This document shows, piece after piece, positions 13,133 to 26,600 of a stretch of DNA of 60,240 bases. A model generated the notes under the pieces. It was not told the DNA's origin. It did not search any database and worked only from the letters and a program-made list of their open reading frames with translations. A program made the position numbers and the translations under genes. The stretch lies in contig LWCA01000073.1 in the NCBI GenBank assembly GCA_001642005.1, positions 1-60,240 of the forward strand. The letters run 5' to 3'. Each line of letters begins with the position of its first letter. Position 1 is the stretch's first letter. The DNA comes from Intoshia linei. Its lineage: Eukaryota; Animalia; Orthonectida.

Positions 13133-15322
13133 ATGAAGTATTTGTGGTTTAATAGTATACATTTTAAATTAAACTTAAGCATGAATAAATTTAGAATATC
13201 CCACAATTTACAAATCTATAACCTCAAATTTTTCAACAAAAACAAATACACAAAGTAGTCTTTCAAAACTACGAAAACAAACTGGATATTCTTTTCTTCA
13301 TTGTAAAAATGCTTTGTTGAAATTTGATGGAAATATTTCAGAGGTTTTTAGCATTTTTTTAACTTTAGGTATGATTTTCAAATTGTTAAAGAGTTTTTAG
13401 AATACAGTATTGTAAAGAATATGAGTAAACCATAAATTCATGCCCAGTTTCACCCGCGGGTCGAAACATTGATATTAAAAAATTTCATCGATCAACGTAG
13501 GGTCTAGTTCAGAGGTGGGGAAAGTCCGGTCTTATTGACGATTTGAATTACTTTACATTTAAAATAAAATATTCTTAAACCCAACCATTTTAACTATAAT
13601 TTCAATCTTACCAACCCTAAAAGGTTAAAACCTTAAATGAATTTTTCTTTATAAGGTTGGTAAAACTAATTTTTTTATATTAAAGTTGGTAAAATTGAAT
13701 TTTTCGTTTTAGGGTTGGTAACAGTGGATTTTCCCTTAAGGTTTGGTAAAACAGGAATTTTCACTAAAGGGTTGGTAAATTTTGATTTTTAGTAAAAATG
13801 GTTGGATTTAAGTAGACACCCTTTTTAAAATATTAATTTTAGGTAAAATGGGATTTTTCGGAAAAATATATGTAAAAGCGGTTTTTTTCTTTACAGGGTC
13901 GGTAAATTTAGATTTTTTTCTTTTTGGATCAGACAGATGGATTTTTGATCTAAAAGTTTGGTAAAATGGGATTATAGAAAAAATATTAGTTAAAAGAGGA
14001 TTTTTTCCATAAGGGTGAGTAAAATTTTGGTTTTTTCTCATAAAATTTTTCTTATTTTAATAAAATATGCTAAAAATGTATGATTCACCCCAATAATCTA
14101 AAATTTTCGTATTAATCCTTTAATAAAATTGTAACTGCCGTATTTGATTAAATTTTATTTAGAAAGGTGCGGCTTTATTAATTTTTTTGTAACGTTAGTG
14201 CGGCCTTCGAACTGTAAATGCTTCCCCATCTCTGATCTAGTTTATATCAACTTGGTTGTAATAATTTTCAGATGGCTTGAATTCTTTTGGATTGTTGATT
14301 CTCTAAGAAACTTGACCAAGACAAAAAATTAATTTATCTAAATTTTACGATACTGATTACTGCTATATTAATTAATTTTGATTACCATAGGCTAAAAAAT
14401 GGTTGGATGTTGAATGTATGAAAAAAGGTTGGTCAAAGGCTACCAAATTGGACAAGAAAAGTTTATCCCAAGGTATTATATATGCGTACAATACAAAAAA
14501 TGTTGGAAGTTTAATGTTTGAGGTAAAATTTACCTTTTCAGTCAATTCAATTAATTTTTCAATTCATTACTAATTTATCAAAACTCAATTTAGTTAAATT
14601 GCGAAACAGATTATGTGTCTAAAAATGATGAATTTTTAAACTTGGCTGATAAAATATCAAAATCACTTTTTGAATTTATGAAAAATAAATGCACTGAATC
14701 AGTATTCATTTTTACTAATTTTAAATACACGTCATTATTTTAGGTTCACATGATCAATAAAGATATTAAAAATGTAATGGTGGACGATAAAAGTGTATTT
14801 GATTCCACTTCCTCATTAGTTGGTAAAATTGGCGAAAATATTTTTCCGAGGAGAGCCGTATTTTACAAACATCAACCAGAAAATTGCATTAAATATTATA
14901 TACACCAAACAAGTTTTTTTAATTTTTTAAGAACATTTTTACATTATGTTTATTGTTACAATATTTAATGAATATTAAAACAGATTTTAGATAAATCTTT
15001 AAATTTATCATATGGATCAAGAATTTGTAATTTTGCTTCATTGTTACGATACAAAACAAATTTCAAAAATACATCCTATAACGAAAAAGAAATTGATGAT
15101 ATTGTGAATACGTTATGTCAACACATTGTAGGTATGAACCCAATTGGAATTTTCCCTCCAAAGATAAAAAATGAAGATGATTTAAATCATAAATTGGATT
15201 CATTTATGATTAATCAAAATTATTTAATGGACTCTGAAATTACCATTAAAGAACTCCTTTCTGAAACTGGAATAGAATTGTTAGACTTTTGTCGCTATGA
15301 ACGAGGTGAATTGAGTAAATAA
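13133..15322 (+). CDS. TSFM: Mitochondrial elongation factor Ts (multi-exon)
   Basis: LSKLRKQTGYSFLHCKNAL (UBA-like N-domain), KKGWSKATKL, ELNCETDYVSKN, KIGENI, LCQHIVGMNP, DFCRYERGE. Confidence 0.93.
13510..14234. mobile_element. hAT MITE in TSFM intron (same family as 3843-4253, opposite orientation) with internal GGTAAA-type minisatellite
   Basis: TIRs CAGAGGTGGGGAA / TTCCCCATCTCTG; TSD GTCTAGTT / ATCTAGTT. Confidence 0.85.
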
Positions 15323-15536
15323 AACGTATCCTTTTCAAATTTTTTTATTTCACAATATTTGATTTTATTTAAAAGTTACTACCATTCTCAATCCTTTTTC
15401 GCTGTGATATACAATGACCCAAAAAAAATATAAACATTTATAATCATTACAATTTTTAATAAATTATATCCAAATGAGAGGGAATACTATAAGTTTGTGA
15501 TGTGGTAAAGTTGATAAAAAATTAAATTGTATTTAA

Positions 15537-15710
15537 TTAATGAGCTCCTTCACAATTAGTTTGAATACAAGCTGTTCTATGTTAGGTTCCAAACTTAATA
15601 AAGATAATCTTAGAACTCCTCTTTTAGTTATATCTAGTCTATTCCTTCTTTTTGACAATAACACTACGTAACTGAATCCACATTCAACTAAATCAGTTGA
15701 GTTTAAAATC
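15537..15710 (-). pseudogene. Buster-type hAT transposase C-terminal remnant
   Basis: STDLVECGFSYVVLLSKRRNRLDITKRGVLRLSLLSLEPNIEQLV matches the Buster/ZBED5-8 C-terminus. Confidence 0.8.
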
Positions 15711-16690
15711 AATAAGGAATTTGAAGATCTTTAAATCTAGTTTCAAAATGAATAAGCAGTTTAATTCAGTAATTCCCGATTTAAATAGTGTACGAACCCT
15801 TATTTCAAAATATTTATTTTTTTGAACTCTTTTGAAGAAAAATGAAATATAAAACATTTATAAAAAAATTAAAAGTTTTTTCTCATAACATTTAGTAAAA
15901 TCATGTTTTTCAAAAAAATATTGGAATATTTTTCTCTTAGGGGTTGGTAAAATTGTATTTTATTATTTTGTGGTTTAATTGGATTTTTCCATGAGGGTTT
16001 AAATTTGTATTTTTAATTAAATTTTATTAATGGTGGGATAAAATTAGGATTTTTGAAATAATAATAGCTGTTTAGGCTTTGGGATAAATGTCAAACTCTG
16101 TAAAAAATATTAGAAATTCTCCTATAAAAATAAACAAAAGTTGATAAATTTTTTTTTATATTTTATTTGAATCTCGCCGATCTCGAGGCGTATAGTTTTG
16201 TAGTCCTATGGGTCCAGGGCCTCCAATCTAGAACTACTGATATAATGTGATTAGTATATGTCAGAATATCTGCAATTGATACGTCGTTTTGTTGAAACTG
16301 CAAAAATACACGTTTTTTATATTGTGAAAATAACTTGTCCATTTTTACACAAAAGATACAATTGCTTCTTTACGACACCTTTTTACTAATCATTTTATCA
16401 AATTGGCAAAATAAGAACTTCAAATGGTAGCATCTTAATTTCTGTCAATGATACTCACGTAATTAACTAGAAAGCTGTCGTTAGAAGTTGTAAGGGTGAA
16501 TTTATTATTTTTCTTGTGAGGTATATTATTTGAATGAAATTAACTCGAATAATCCCAGCAATTTTTCTAATTTTTTGGCTTCGATTTTTACAAAAATTTG
16601 GGAAGTTAATACATACTTGCCTATTTTTGCCTACCAAATGTAGTTATAGAGTTATTTCACATTCCATATGGTCACACTGGGAGTATTCGG

Positions 16691-16894
16691 GTTAAGGAAG
16701 AATTCTTATTTTGTAGTGAAGTACTTACAAAAACAATGGATATTTATATAAAAATTGATGACTTTTTATTTGAATGAAATTTAAATGGGAACAATATATG
16801 TGGTGTTTCTACTGATGGTGCACCAGTTATGCTTGGGTCAAAATCTGGGTTTCAAGTATAATTAAGAGAAAAAATTCCTGCTGTTAAAGGGACA
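16691..16894 (+). pseudogene. Buster-type hAT transposase core remnant
   Basis: VKEEFLFCSEV...ICGVSTDGAPVMLGSKSGFQV* (TDGAPxMxG motif) with in-frame stops. Confidence 0.85.
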
Positions 16895-17059
16895 AATTTC
16901 TCATTAATTTTATATCTTCAATCATTCGAAAAATTTTTTATAACATAAAAATTGATCAATGGAATTAAGTAAATTAATATTTAAGACTAGCTTCACTGTT
17001 ATGTACTTCGTACAAACAGCATCCTAGCTCTGCCGAGGGCGGTCGTTACAATAAAAAAA

Positions 17060-18050
17060 ATCGTTGACAGTATCTATATTTCTTTCATTTAAAAATAACA
17101 GTAAGTGGTAGTGTTTACTTTGTGATCGTTCAGTGAAATATGCCTGATCTACTAATAGGGTTGCCAATTGCGTTATTTTCCCCCTGAGACTTTGGGTTTT
17201 CAAATTCAACTCAGGGCTCAGGGTTAAGTGATATTTATCAGGGTAATTTAATTATTACAATCAAAATCATCAGATCAGACATTTTATTTATATTGGATAA
17301 ATAAGCGACTGTATTTGATGTATAAGATGTGTAAATGTTATTATTTTTTGAAAAAGAAAGGCTTAAAAATTTTTTTAAATAACAAAAAAAATAACACGCT
17401 TCGCTGCGCTTCAGTCAAAAATTCGGGTTCAGAATAACTTGTTGTTGGTAACCCTATCTACTACTCCCATTAGAATTTATTACAAACAATTTCAAAAATT
17501 TGGTCTATAAATTTGCTACCCCGGATATGAAACAATATCCAAATAGATTTGACATAATTATGCAAATTTCTATAAAAATCAATAAACTGTAAATTATTAC
17601 ACATAAAAATAGAATTTTAAAATTAAGTCACTGTAGTCAATCGTAATCGTGTATTTGAATAAACTTAATGTTACAAATCCTGGATTTAATACAAAATCCA
17701 TAACTATTCCATATAAATACAATTCAATTGTACCATTGAATCTCGTATTTTTAAAATGATATTAATCAAAGTGAAAAATAAAAGTATAAATAATATTAAT
17801 TTTAGAAAATGAAAAATAATATGTCTACCTTAAAAGAATATACAATACCATTCATTTTTGTCAGTTCTATTCTCATTTTTCTGCGAATAGTTGAAAACTA
17901 CTTACACACGTGCTAATGGCATTCAATTGTAAATTTAAATAAAATCTTAATTTAAATTTTATACTTGTCTAATTCTGTATTTAAATTTACTTGGTATATT
18001 GAATTGGTTTTAAAAAGCGTTCAGTGTTAGTAAAGTTACACAATATATCC
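17060..18050 (-). pseudogene. Possible highly decayed piggyBac transposase remnant (interrupted by MITE 17156-17456)
   Basis: With the MITE removed, the minus strand reads NKF/MGVVDQAYFTERSQSKHY (cf. YNxxMGGVD...KWY); upstream fragments NGIVYSFKV and FNGTI; many frameshifts. Confidence 0.3.
17156..17456. mobile_element. hAT MITE
   Basis: TIRs TAGGGTTGCCAA / TTGGTAACCCTA; TSD TCTACTAA / TCTACTAC. Confidence 0.85.
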
Positions 18051-18077
18051 TGTTTTAAATTAAATTATCGTAATAAA

Positions 18078-18260
18078 TTTGCGCGCCCTTACAAAATAAA
18101 TTTAAATTGATAATATAAAATAATAACTCGGCAACAACAAAAATTTCATATAATAAACAATTATTTAATTGAAAATAGTTGATTCAAATGAAAATATTTT
18201 TCGCAGTGAATTCGTTTAAATCAATTTTTAATAATTTAAAAAAATAATCAACAATTTGAA
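18078..18260 (+). promoter_or_regulatory. Candidate E2F site (TTTGCGCGCC, 18078-18087) and CHR (TTTGAA, 18255-18260) upstream of LIN54
   Basis: GC-rich E2F consensus ~190 nt before the ATG in an otherwise AT-rich background; the CHR hexamer alone is weak evidence. Confidence 0.45.
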
Positions 18261-18272
18261 AAATCTTAATAA

Positions 18273-20557
18273 ATGACAGAATCTGAAGATCATCGTAATA
18301 AAAAAAAACTAGAAACTGATGAATTGAAATATTTGCAAAAACAATCTCGTGAATTTCATCCTTATGCTCAACCGGGTATTTTTCTATTTTTTTAATTTAA
18401 TTTTTAAATTTTAATTAGTAGGTAAAATTATGATTAATAAACAAATTACGAAAAAACTTAGCCCAAAGGTTTCATTTGTTTATCGTTGTTTAATTTTCTT
18501 TTAGAAATCTATTAAAACCTTTTTAGAAAAAAAGACCATTAGATGTAAAATTATCAAAAATAATGGTTAGTATTATATTTCTTTTATAAATTAATTTAAC
18601 TGGTGAGTGTTTGATTAGATTTTTTATTGGACATTCAACGTGGTTCATGGATTCATGTGAACCGCACCAGTTCAAATATCAATTTTCAGATTATTTTATT
18701 TATTATAGTAAATGAGGTAAAATGGACTAATTTAGAATCAACGTGCAACCCGACTAATACACGTTTAACTAATAATTATGATGCTGTTTATGAAATTAGT
18801 GCATTTCCTAAAATAGTCGTCAGAGGATCAGAAGTAAATAATTTTTTATTGTAAGATTTTTTATTTTTTAATATATCAGTTATCTATTAGCAAAATTGTA
18901 ATTTTACTTTTTAATAGCAATAAAAATGATGATATACCTACAGTTTCAACTAAGAAAAATTTACCTAAAAGCAATGTTTCTACCACTAATAGAAAATTAT
19001 GCAATTGTACTCGATCCCAATGTCTTAAACTGTAATTTTTGTGAATTATTTTATTTTAATTAAATTAATAATTCAGTTTCAGAAATCGATTCGTAATATA
19101 AACGGAATCACTGAAAAATATTATTCTTAATACATACTAAATATTGATCCCCTCGACCGAAATTTTAAGAATTTTCATTAATTCCCTAATCCAAATTATG
19201 CTACTTATTTAAATTAATTAGTTAATTATTTATTTAATTTTTTAAAATGTATTTTTCAACGTATCACTCCAGAAATTGTTTTCTAATTTCTGATGTGAGA
19301 ACTCTAGATTAAACGGGAACTTGTCAATTAAATATAATTACAATTGTATTAGAATATGTAAAATATTTTTATTTAGATATTGCGATTGTTTTTCGTATGG
19401 TGAATATTGTCATCCTGAATGCACTTGTTCTAATTGTCATAATAATAAAGATTACGAGGTTGAACGTAATCATTGTATTCATGTATGTTTATCGAAAAAT
19501 CCTAACGCTTTTAAATCAAAGTATGTAAGAAATGTTTCAATTAAAAAAAAGTGTATAAACTATAAGCGCGGGTGTCATTGTAAAAAGAGTGGATGCCTTA
19601 AAAATTATTGTGAATGTTACGAGGTAAATTTTTATGTTATTTAATATTCATATCTATTGAATTAGGCCAATGTTATGTGTTCAAATTTGTGTAAATGTCA
19701 GGGATGTTATAATGTAGCTTTATCTAAAGAAATTTTGGACAGTGCAGTTTGGAATTTAGCTAGAGAAAATAAAAAAATTGAAACCACACCTACCCCATTT
19801 TCACTCTATCGAAAGTGACATGATATAAATAGTTTTATTAATGAATTTATTTAGGAGTCCAAACATTCCACATGTTAATCCAATTAATAAGTGTGAATTA
19901 GAAATGGACTACTCTTTAGAAGTGGATAATGAAAACGATTTAAATGAATCTGGTGAAAAATTGGACAGATTAAATTTAATTAAAATTTTGGAATTGACGT
20001 TAAAAAATACAAAATATTCCGTTGACAATTTAACAAATACAGACACTGTTGGTTTAATTGGTTGTGAAGATCCAACAAACTTTTTAAAAAAGGACAATTA
20101 TAATATATATGGTGGTAAAACGAATGATTCAAAAATTATAAACTATAAGGGTGACGTAAAAGATGATGAAAAAAGATTTTCTCCTTTTGACTTAATCAAT
20201 CCTAGAATAATAAAAGGAGCATGTTCTTATCTAATAAATATATCAAATCAATATCAAGATAAAATGAAAATTTCTACAGATCAAAAACCTCACATTAATC
20301 AAGATAAAAATGTAGAATGTACAGTTAATTCTCTTGTGTGTTTAACAGATGAAAAACCAAACCTAAATAATGACTTTAATAAATCAATTGATGAATTATT
20401 TTCTAAAACAGAAACACAAAAACATGAAAATATTTATAATGATACTGATCAAAATTTACTTTCTTCTAAAGAAATTGATTCAATAAATTATCGTAACGTT
20501 TTAACTCAGTCTCATAAAATATTGGATAGAATACTAAACTACAAAAATCAAAATTAA
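18273..20557 (+). CDS. LIN54: LIN54/tesmin CXC-domain protein (DREAM/MuvB DNA-binding subunit), multi-exon
   Basis: CNCTRSQCLKL|YCDCFSYGEYCHPECTCSNCHN, linker KNPNAFKSK, GCHCKKSGCLKNYCECYE|ANVMCSNLCKCQGCYN. Start and N-terminal micro-exons are less certain. Confidence 0.9.
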
Positions 20558-20696
20558 TTTTATCATTTTTTCCCTCTTTGTTTCATCATTAAATACATTT
20601 AAATGTCGCTTATAGATTTGTAGTATATTCTCTTTTTTGTTTTTTTTTGTTAAAAAACTAGTTTTATTTTTAATTACACATCCAATTTAATTTATT

Positions 20697-22944
20697 TTAA
20701 TCTATCGCTTCTTCAGGCCATTTTAATTGTTTGACTAAATTTCCTCGGGGAGCTGCTACGTTTGTGAGAATATCGATCAAGCAATCCTTTTCAGTAGAAC
20801 GCCACCCAATCATCCCAGCGCTTGTTTTTGGTAATTTTGATGGTTCTGTTGGAACATTTACCTTATCTATGCTATGTTGGAATTTTATTTCGGATAATTC
20901 ATTTTCTCGTTCTTTTAATTTTCTTTGTTCATCATCCTTATATAAATTATTAGTTACTATGAATTGTACTCATTTATTTTTATATGTACGTACACTGTAG
21001 GTCGTAAAGTAAGTATTAAGTAGAATATTAAGATTAAATGGATAATCATTAAAATTCTGATAAAATTGCATATTGAGACGCATACTTTGGTAGAAAGTTA
21101 ATTTTTTTTAGACAAGACAAAACATTTTTAAATGTGCACTTCTCCCAAATATCTTGAAAATCATATATTTTTTTCATAAAATTTGAAGTAATGGGTTTTT
21201 CATGGTTAGAGGTTTTTTGTGATAAAAGTTTGGTAGATTCATGTTTTTTCATCCAATATTTGACAGAATGGATTTATTCAGTTATAGTTAATTTTTTTGG
21301 AAAAAATTTGATATAATGATTTTATGTATTCAATAGATTTTTTCATGGATTTCAGAAACCTTTACAATCTAATTTCAAATTTTTTTAACAAACCTTAAAA
21401 TTTTATATATAAAAAAAAATATGAAAATTTTCCTTCAAGGCTAGGTTAAAAAAATCTTAAAAAACCATCCCTTTTAAAATTTGGTTAAAAAAAATATTCT
21501 GAAAATTCCCATTAAAATTATTAGTTAAAAATAATGTTAAAAACCATTCAATTTTGTAATATTTAAATAAGTTTTGGTTTACCATTTACGGTTTAGTAAA
21601 AAATGTTCATAATGTATAATTTTTAAAGTCGATTCTCCGGATTGATATTTGTTTGATCGATTACTAATTTATTATATCATTGATTTTTTCACAAAATTTT
21701 AGTGGGTTTCATTGTTCATATTTATTTATTATTTTTATTATCCTATATTCATAATTTTGTAGGGTTTTTAAGGGAATATTTTTTTCTATCATTTTTAAAA
21801 GATTTTAAAGATATTTTTGGTCCCAAGATTTGGTAGGGTTTTTAAGAGAGCATTTTTTTACCCAATTTTTACAAGATTTTGAAAATCCCATAAAATGTTA
21901 AAAATGTTCCTTTCAAAACCCTACATAATTTTGATTCCAAAAATATCTTCACAATTTTTTAAAAATGTTAGAAAAAAATATTTCCTTAAAAACTCTACCA
22001 AATTTTGGACCTAAAAATATCTTCAAAATTTTTAAAAATTGGACAAAATTTATTTCAATATTGGTTCCAAACAATCTTCAAAATCTTGAAAAATGATAGA
22101 AAAAAATAGTCCCTTAAAACTCTAAAAAAATTTGGTCATTGTCATTAAAGAAATTCATTAAAAACACAAAAATATTGTCAAAAAATAAATATTATGATTT
22201 AATTAACAAAATCGATTATTATGTCACTCTAAAATGTATCGCTCTAACAATACATCGCTTAAATGAATGTCGTTTAACTGACTATTTGCCATAATTTGGA
22301 TATTATGAAAATTGAGACTTAATTACCGTTTCCGCTTTCAGTTATAGTTAATTTTTATCCAAAAAATTTGATATAACGGGTTTTTACGTATTTTTATAGG
22401 TTTTTTTGATAAAATTTTGGTAAATTGTATTTTTTCCCAATATCAGATATTATGGATTGTAATCTTAAATTTTTTAACAATATTTAACAAAATTGGTAAA
22501 TATGCATTATTCCCAATGCTAGAAAATATGATATTTACCCCCTTGATTTCATAAAATTGAGTTAGTATTTTTTCTAGGATTTTTGGTAAAATTTTTTTTT
22601 GAATTTTTCAAAAAATTTATAATTTTGCATTTCTTGGCCAAATTTCTAGAGATAGTATCTGTGGGAAAAAATTAATAAATTAATTTTCCAATAATTACAA
22701 AAAATTGGAGTTAAAAGTTACAAATACATTTGTACATTTTTTAAAAAAATGTTACCTCTTTCTCTAAATCAACTAAAAAGGACCAATTCTCTTTCCAAGT
22801 TTCAACTGAATTATTTTCTTTAGTGCAATGATCAGTCCTAAAATAAAAAAATATACACTATGTGTATTCACTTGGATTTATATTATTAAAAAATTACCAA
22901 ATTTTAGCATTAGCCACAAAATTAATGTCTTTGTTTGATGTCAT
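20697..22944 (-). CDS. CIMIP1: C20orf85/LLC1 (ciliary microtubule inner protein 1)-like; 3 exons (~22898-22944, ~22756-22837, 20697-~20936)
   Basis: Spliced: MTSNKDINFVANAKIWTDHCTKENNSVETWKENWSFLVDLEKE...LPKTSAGMIGWRS...GNLVKQLKWPEEAID*; matches recalled C20orf85 motifs (IW...WxxNWxFL, PxTxxGxIGWRS, LxWP). Confidence 0.85.
21628..22275. repeat. Minisatellite-bearing TIR element in CIMIP1 intron; second half of the ~60-bp array is inverted
   Basis: Units ...CCCAAGATTTGGTAGGGTTTTTAAG... (21755-21880) followed by their reverse complement (21900-22130); flanks match 10452-11016. Confidence 0.7.
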
Positions 22945-23682
22945 TCTATAAATTCATTATTTCATTATAATGTAACAATAATTATTGTTTTCAGTATCTA
23001 GGTATAAATTATATTGAAATAAAATGGTTAATCAAAATATTGTAACGATTATAATTGTAAACATTGATTAAAAATATAATTCATTATTTCTATCTTTATA
23101 CGTTTTATATTTATACTAAACTCTTGACGAAAACTGATCATTATTTAGAATTCGTCATCAAATAAAAAAATTTACATATGGTTATTAGTCGACAAGTATC
23201 GACCCATACATGATCAATTCCAACCTCTCGTTTATGGAATTTGTTCCATAAAAAATGAATCAATGAGAAATATGAATAAAGTGTGGTATATTATTAAACT
23301 GAATTTTTTGTTTCAGAGTTTTTGGTATGTTTAATATGTCAAACTAGAAGATAAAAATTCAAACTTTAAATATATTAATACAAAAATATTTTAAATTCAT
23401 TATATAATTAGTTTATGTTTAAATTTATTGGAATAAGTAGTAACAATTTTAATTAAATGTATTATATGTAATGTACTTGAAAATTATAAGTGAAATTGAT
23501 ATAATAACTTACAATGTTAACAGATATGGTTAGAATAATTCTTATATATGCGTAACAAATATAGTTTCATATATCAAACATATATAGAACATTAATATCA
23601 ATAAATTAATTGGGCCAATAAATTATTTCATTATCAGTATATCACATTATTATAAAAACTAATTTTATATATACGTAAGGAT

Positions 23683-26600
23683 ATGAGTGATATTTTAAAA
23701 AAAATTGGTCAAAATCCAGATTATAAACTTTCACCGCAAGATTTCGTTGCAATTTGGAATCAATATGATGTTGATAGTAAAACTTTTATTGTGTTAATTT
23801 TTAATTAATTAGGGGTTGGTTATCTAAAAGACGACAAATTAGATTCTTTTATAATGGATAGTATGAAATCTACATCAAATATTAAAGTTAGTAGACCTCA
23901 AGTTGATAATATAAAAACGTATATAATGGAAGTATATGACACTGACAAATCTGGTTCAATATCTATCAAAGAGGTTATATTATATTTTGAAATTTAAAAA
24001 AAAATTTGTAAATTGTACATTGTGTATATTAACGAATTAATTAAATATTTTTATTTAGATGGCAAATATATTACCAGTTAGTCAAAATTTTTTAGTTTAT
24101 CTTTTGAAAGACATAAATATTACGTCAAGTTATGAATTTATACAAGTAATTTTTACTTTATTGTTAGAATTATTTACATGTTAATATAGATATGGAAATT
24201 GTTTGATGAAAATTGCAGTGGATACATAGAAATAGATGAATTAAAAGTATAATTTATTATATTGTTTAGTTAAATTTTTGTTTTATTATACTGTATTCTT
24301 CATCTCTATATGGCAATGTAAGGACTTGATAATTTTGGCGAACAATATAAAAAAAATTAAATACAATATTGCATTTACATCGCCAATCAAATATATTGCC
24401 ATGAATTTATTGAAAAATTTTATTTTACCAACGGGGGGCATGGGGAAAGGTATACAACATTTTCTAATAAAAATTAATCCTTACTTAATTTTATCGTTAA
24501 ATTTTCTACTATGTAAAACTTTGTTAATTTAAATTTATTAATTAAATATTAACATTATGTAAATTTTTAAATATTTTCACATCTTGGCACTGTTGATAAA
24601 ATATACTTAGTTTATAATGTGCTACGCAATAATTGTTTTGGTGTATGGGTGTTACCGTTTATTTTAATAACTACCAGTCTTAGAATTTTATAAAGCCACA
24701 TTTCAAATACAGTTTTTTCCGGGGTGTTAGCAAAATAAATTTCAACCTCCCAAAATCACATCTTATGGGTCAAAAAGCCTAATTGGCCCTTTTTTTGAAA
24801 ATCAAACAAGTTATAGAATTTAAAAAAATATATATTCTGATACGGATTTTAAAATCATAGACATTATCATAAATTAAAATTTATAAAAAATATATCTTCA
24901 TGACCAAAACCCCAAATGAACCTTTTTTTATGAAAACAGCCCTATAATTTAAAAAAAATTACAGGTGGTATAGTTGTATCCTGTTAAAACACACAAAAAA
25001 TTTCAATCTGAATAAGTGACGACTTCACGGTCAAAAATGCATTTTAGTATTCATATATTTTTTTTCCGAAATATTTTATTAAAAAAAAATGTGAAATAAT
25101 TAACGGTTCTAATATTAAAAAAAGGTTATTCTGATAGAGCTTATTCCAGTTGATATAAATACAAAATTCCAATCCCCAGAAATCTGCGCATTCCCGGTGA
25201 AAATAATTTTTAATATATTATCAACCAATATTTTTCAAATATTTAGATAAAAATAAAAAATAATAAAAATTGAAAATGTAAATATCAATCTTATAATTTC
25301 AAAAAAAACTATGCATTGAACGTCTACACATTTCCAATAAAGAAATATAAGTGAAAATCTATATCAGTGGTTCTCAACCCGTCAGTTAACAGTATGGGAA
25401 CCAGAAAAATGATGTTAAAAATAAATAATAATTCAGATTATCTTTATGAGAAATATTGTAAAGAAGGTGGGGATTTACTGGCCCAACTCTCTTGAAATAA
25501 TTTAAATAAATTACTTACCTCTTTATAATGATATTTAACTAAAAAATTATCTCTCACTAGCCTGGATGCTTCTTCGTAGTGTGAGGGAGGCAACTGATTT
25601 TACCGGCTAAATTCCGTGTGTTATTAATTTTTTAATTAAAAATCAAATTGTTTTATATATGCGACATGCAAAAAAAAATTTTAATCATGATTTTAGGTGC
25701 CACGATTTTTTGAATTTACATTTAAATTAAACTAAAACTTAATTAAATTTTTTGAAAATGAATATTTGATATTTATTTAGATATTTAAAAAAAAATCGAA
25801 GGAATCAATTATATAGATTTCCACCCATATTTCTTCAATGGAAATGTACATACGTTCAATTTATTTTTAATTTTAATCCAACCTTTAAAAAATATTGACT
25901 GATAATATATTAAAAATTATTTTTCACCGGGAATGCGTAGATTTCTGGGGTTGAACTTTTGTATTTATATCAACTGGAATAAGCTCTACTAGAATAATCT
26001 CATTTTTTTTAATTGTAGGACCGTTCATTATTTCAAATTTTTGTTTTAATAAAATACTTTCGAAAAATTAAAAAAAATGAATACTAAAGTGCTTTTTTGA
26101 CCGTGAAGGCGTCACTTATTAAGATTAAAAATTTTATGTGTGTTAACAGGATACAAGTGTACCACCTGTAAATTTTTTTAAATTATAGGGCTGTCTTCAT
26201 AAAAAAAAGGGTCATTTGTGGTTTTGATCCTGAAAATTATCTTTTTTAACATTTCCATTTATGATAATGTTTATGATTTTAAAAACTATTCCAGAATTTA
26301 TGTTTAAAAAAATTTTAGGACATGTTTCATTTTTAAAACAAAGGGTAAATTGTGGCTTTAACCATAATGATATGCGTTTCTAAGGCTGAAATTAACGACA
26401 ATGTTAATGGTTTTAAAACGCGTTGTAGAATGTATGTTTTATTAAATTTTTTGGTTGATTTTGGGCTGATTTTTTTTTAAAAATAAGGGGAAATTGTGTT
26501 TTTGACTTTGAAGGACTAAAATTCTGAAACTGAAAAATGGATAAAAACACGTCCTGGTAAAAACTGTATTAAAAATTGTATTTTTTAAATCCTACGACTG

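Noticed and set aside
13808-14041. 77-aa ORF with repeated KNP motifs
   Set aside because: Translation of the minisatellite inside hAT MITE 13510-14234.
17470-18050. Host gene head-to-head with LIN54
   Set aside because: No consistent splice model without implausible 20-30 nt introns; the fragments fit a decayed piggyBac slightly better.
20731-21000. Plus-strand 89-aa ORF
   Set aside because: Antisense shadow of the last CIMIP1 exon; likewise 6058, 7898, 19909, 32379, 43987, 48266 and 53393 shadow real genes or the transposase.
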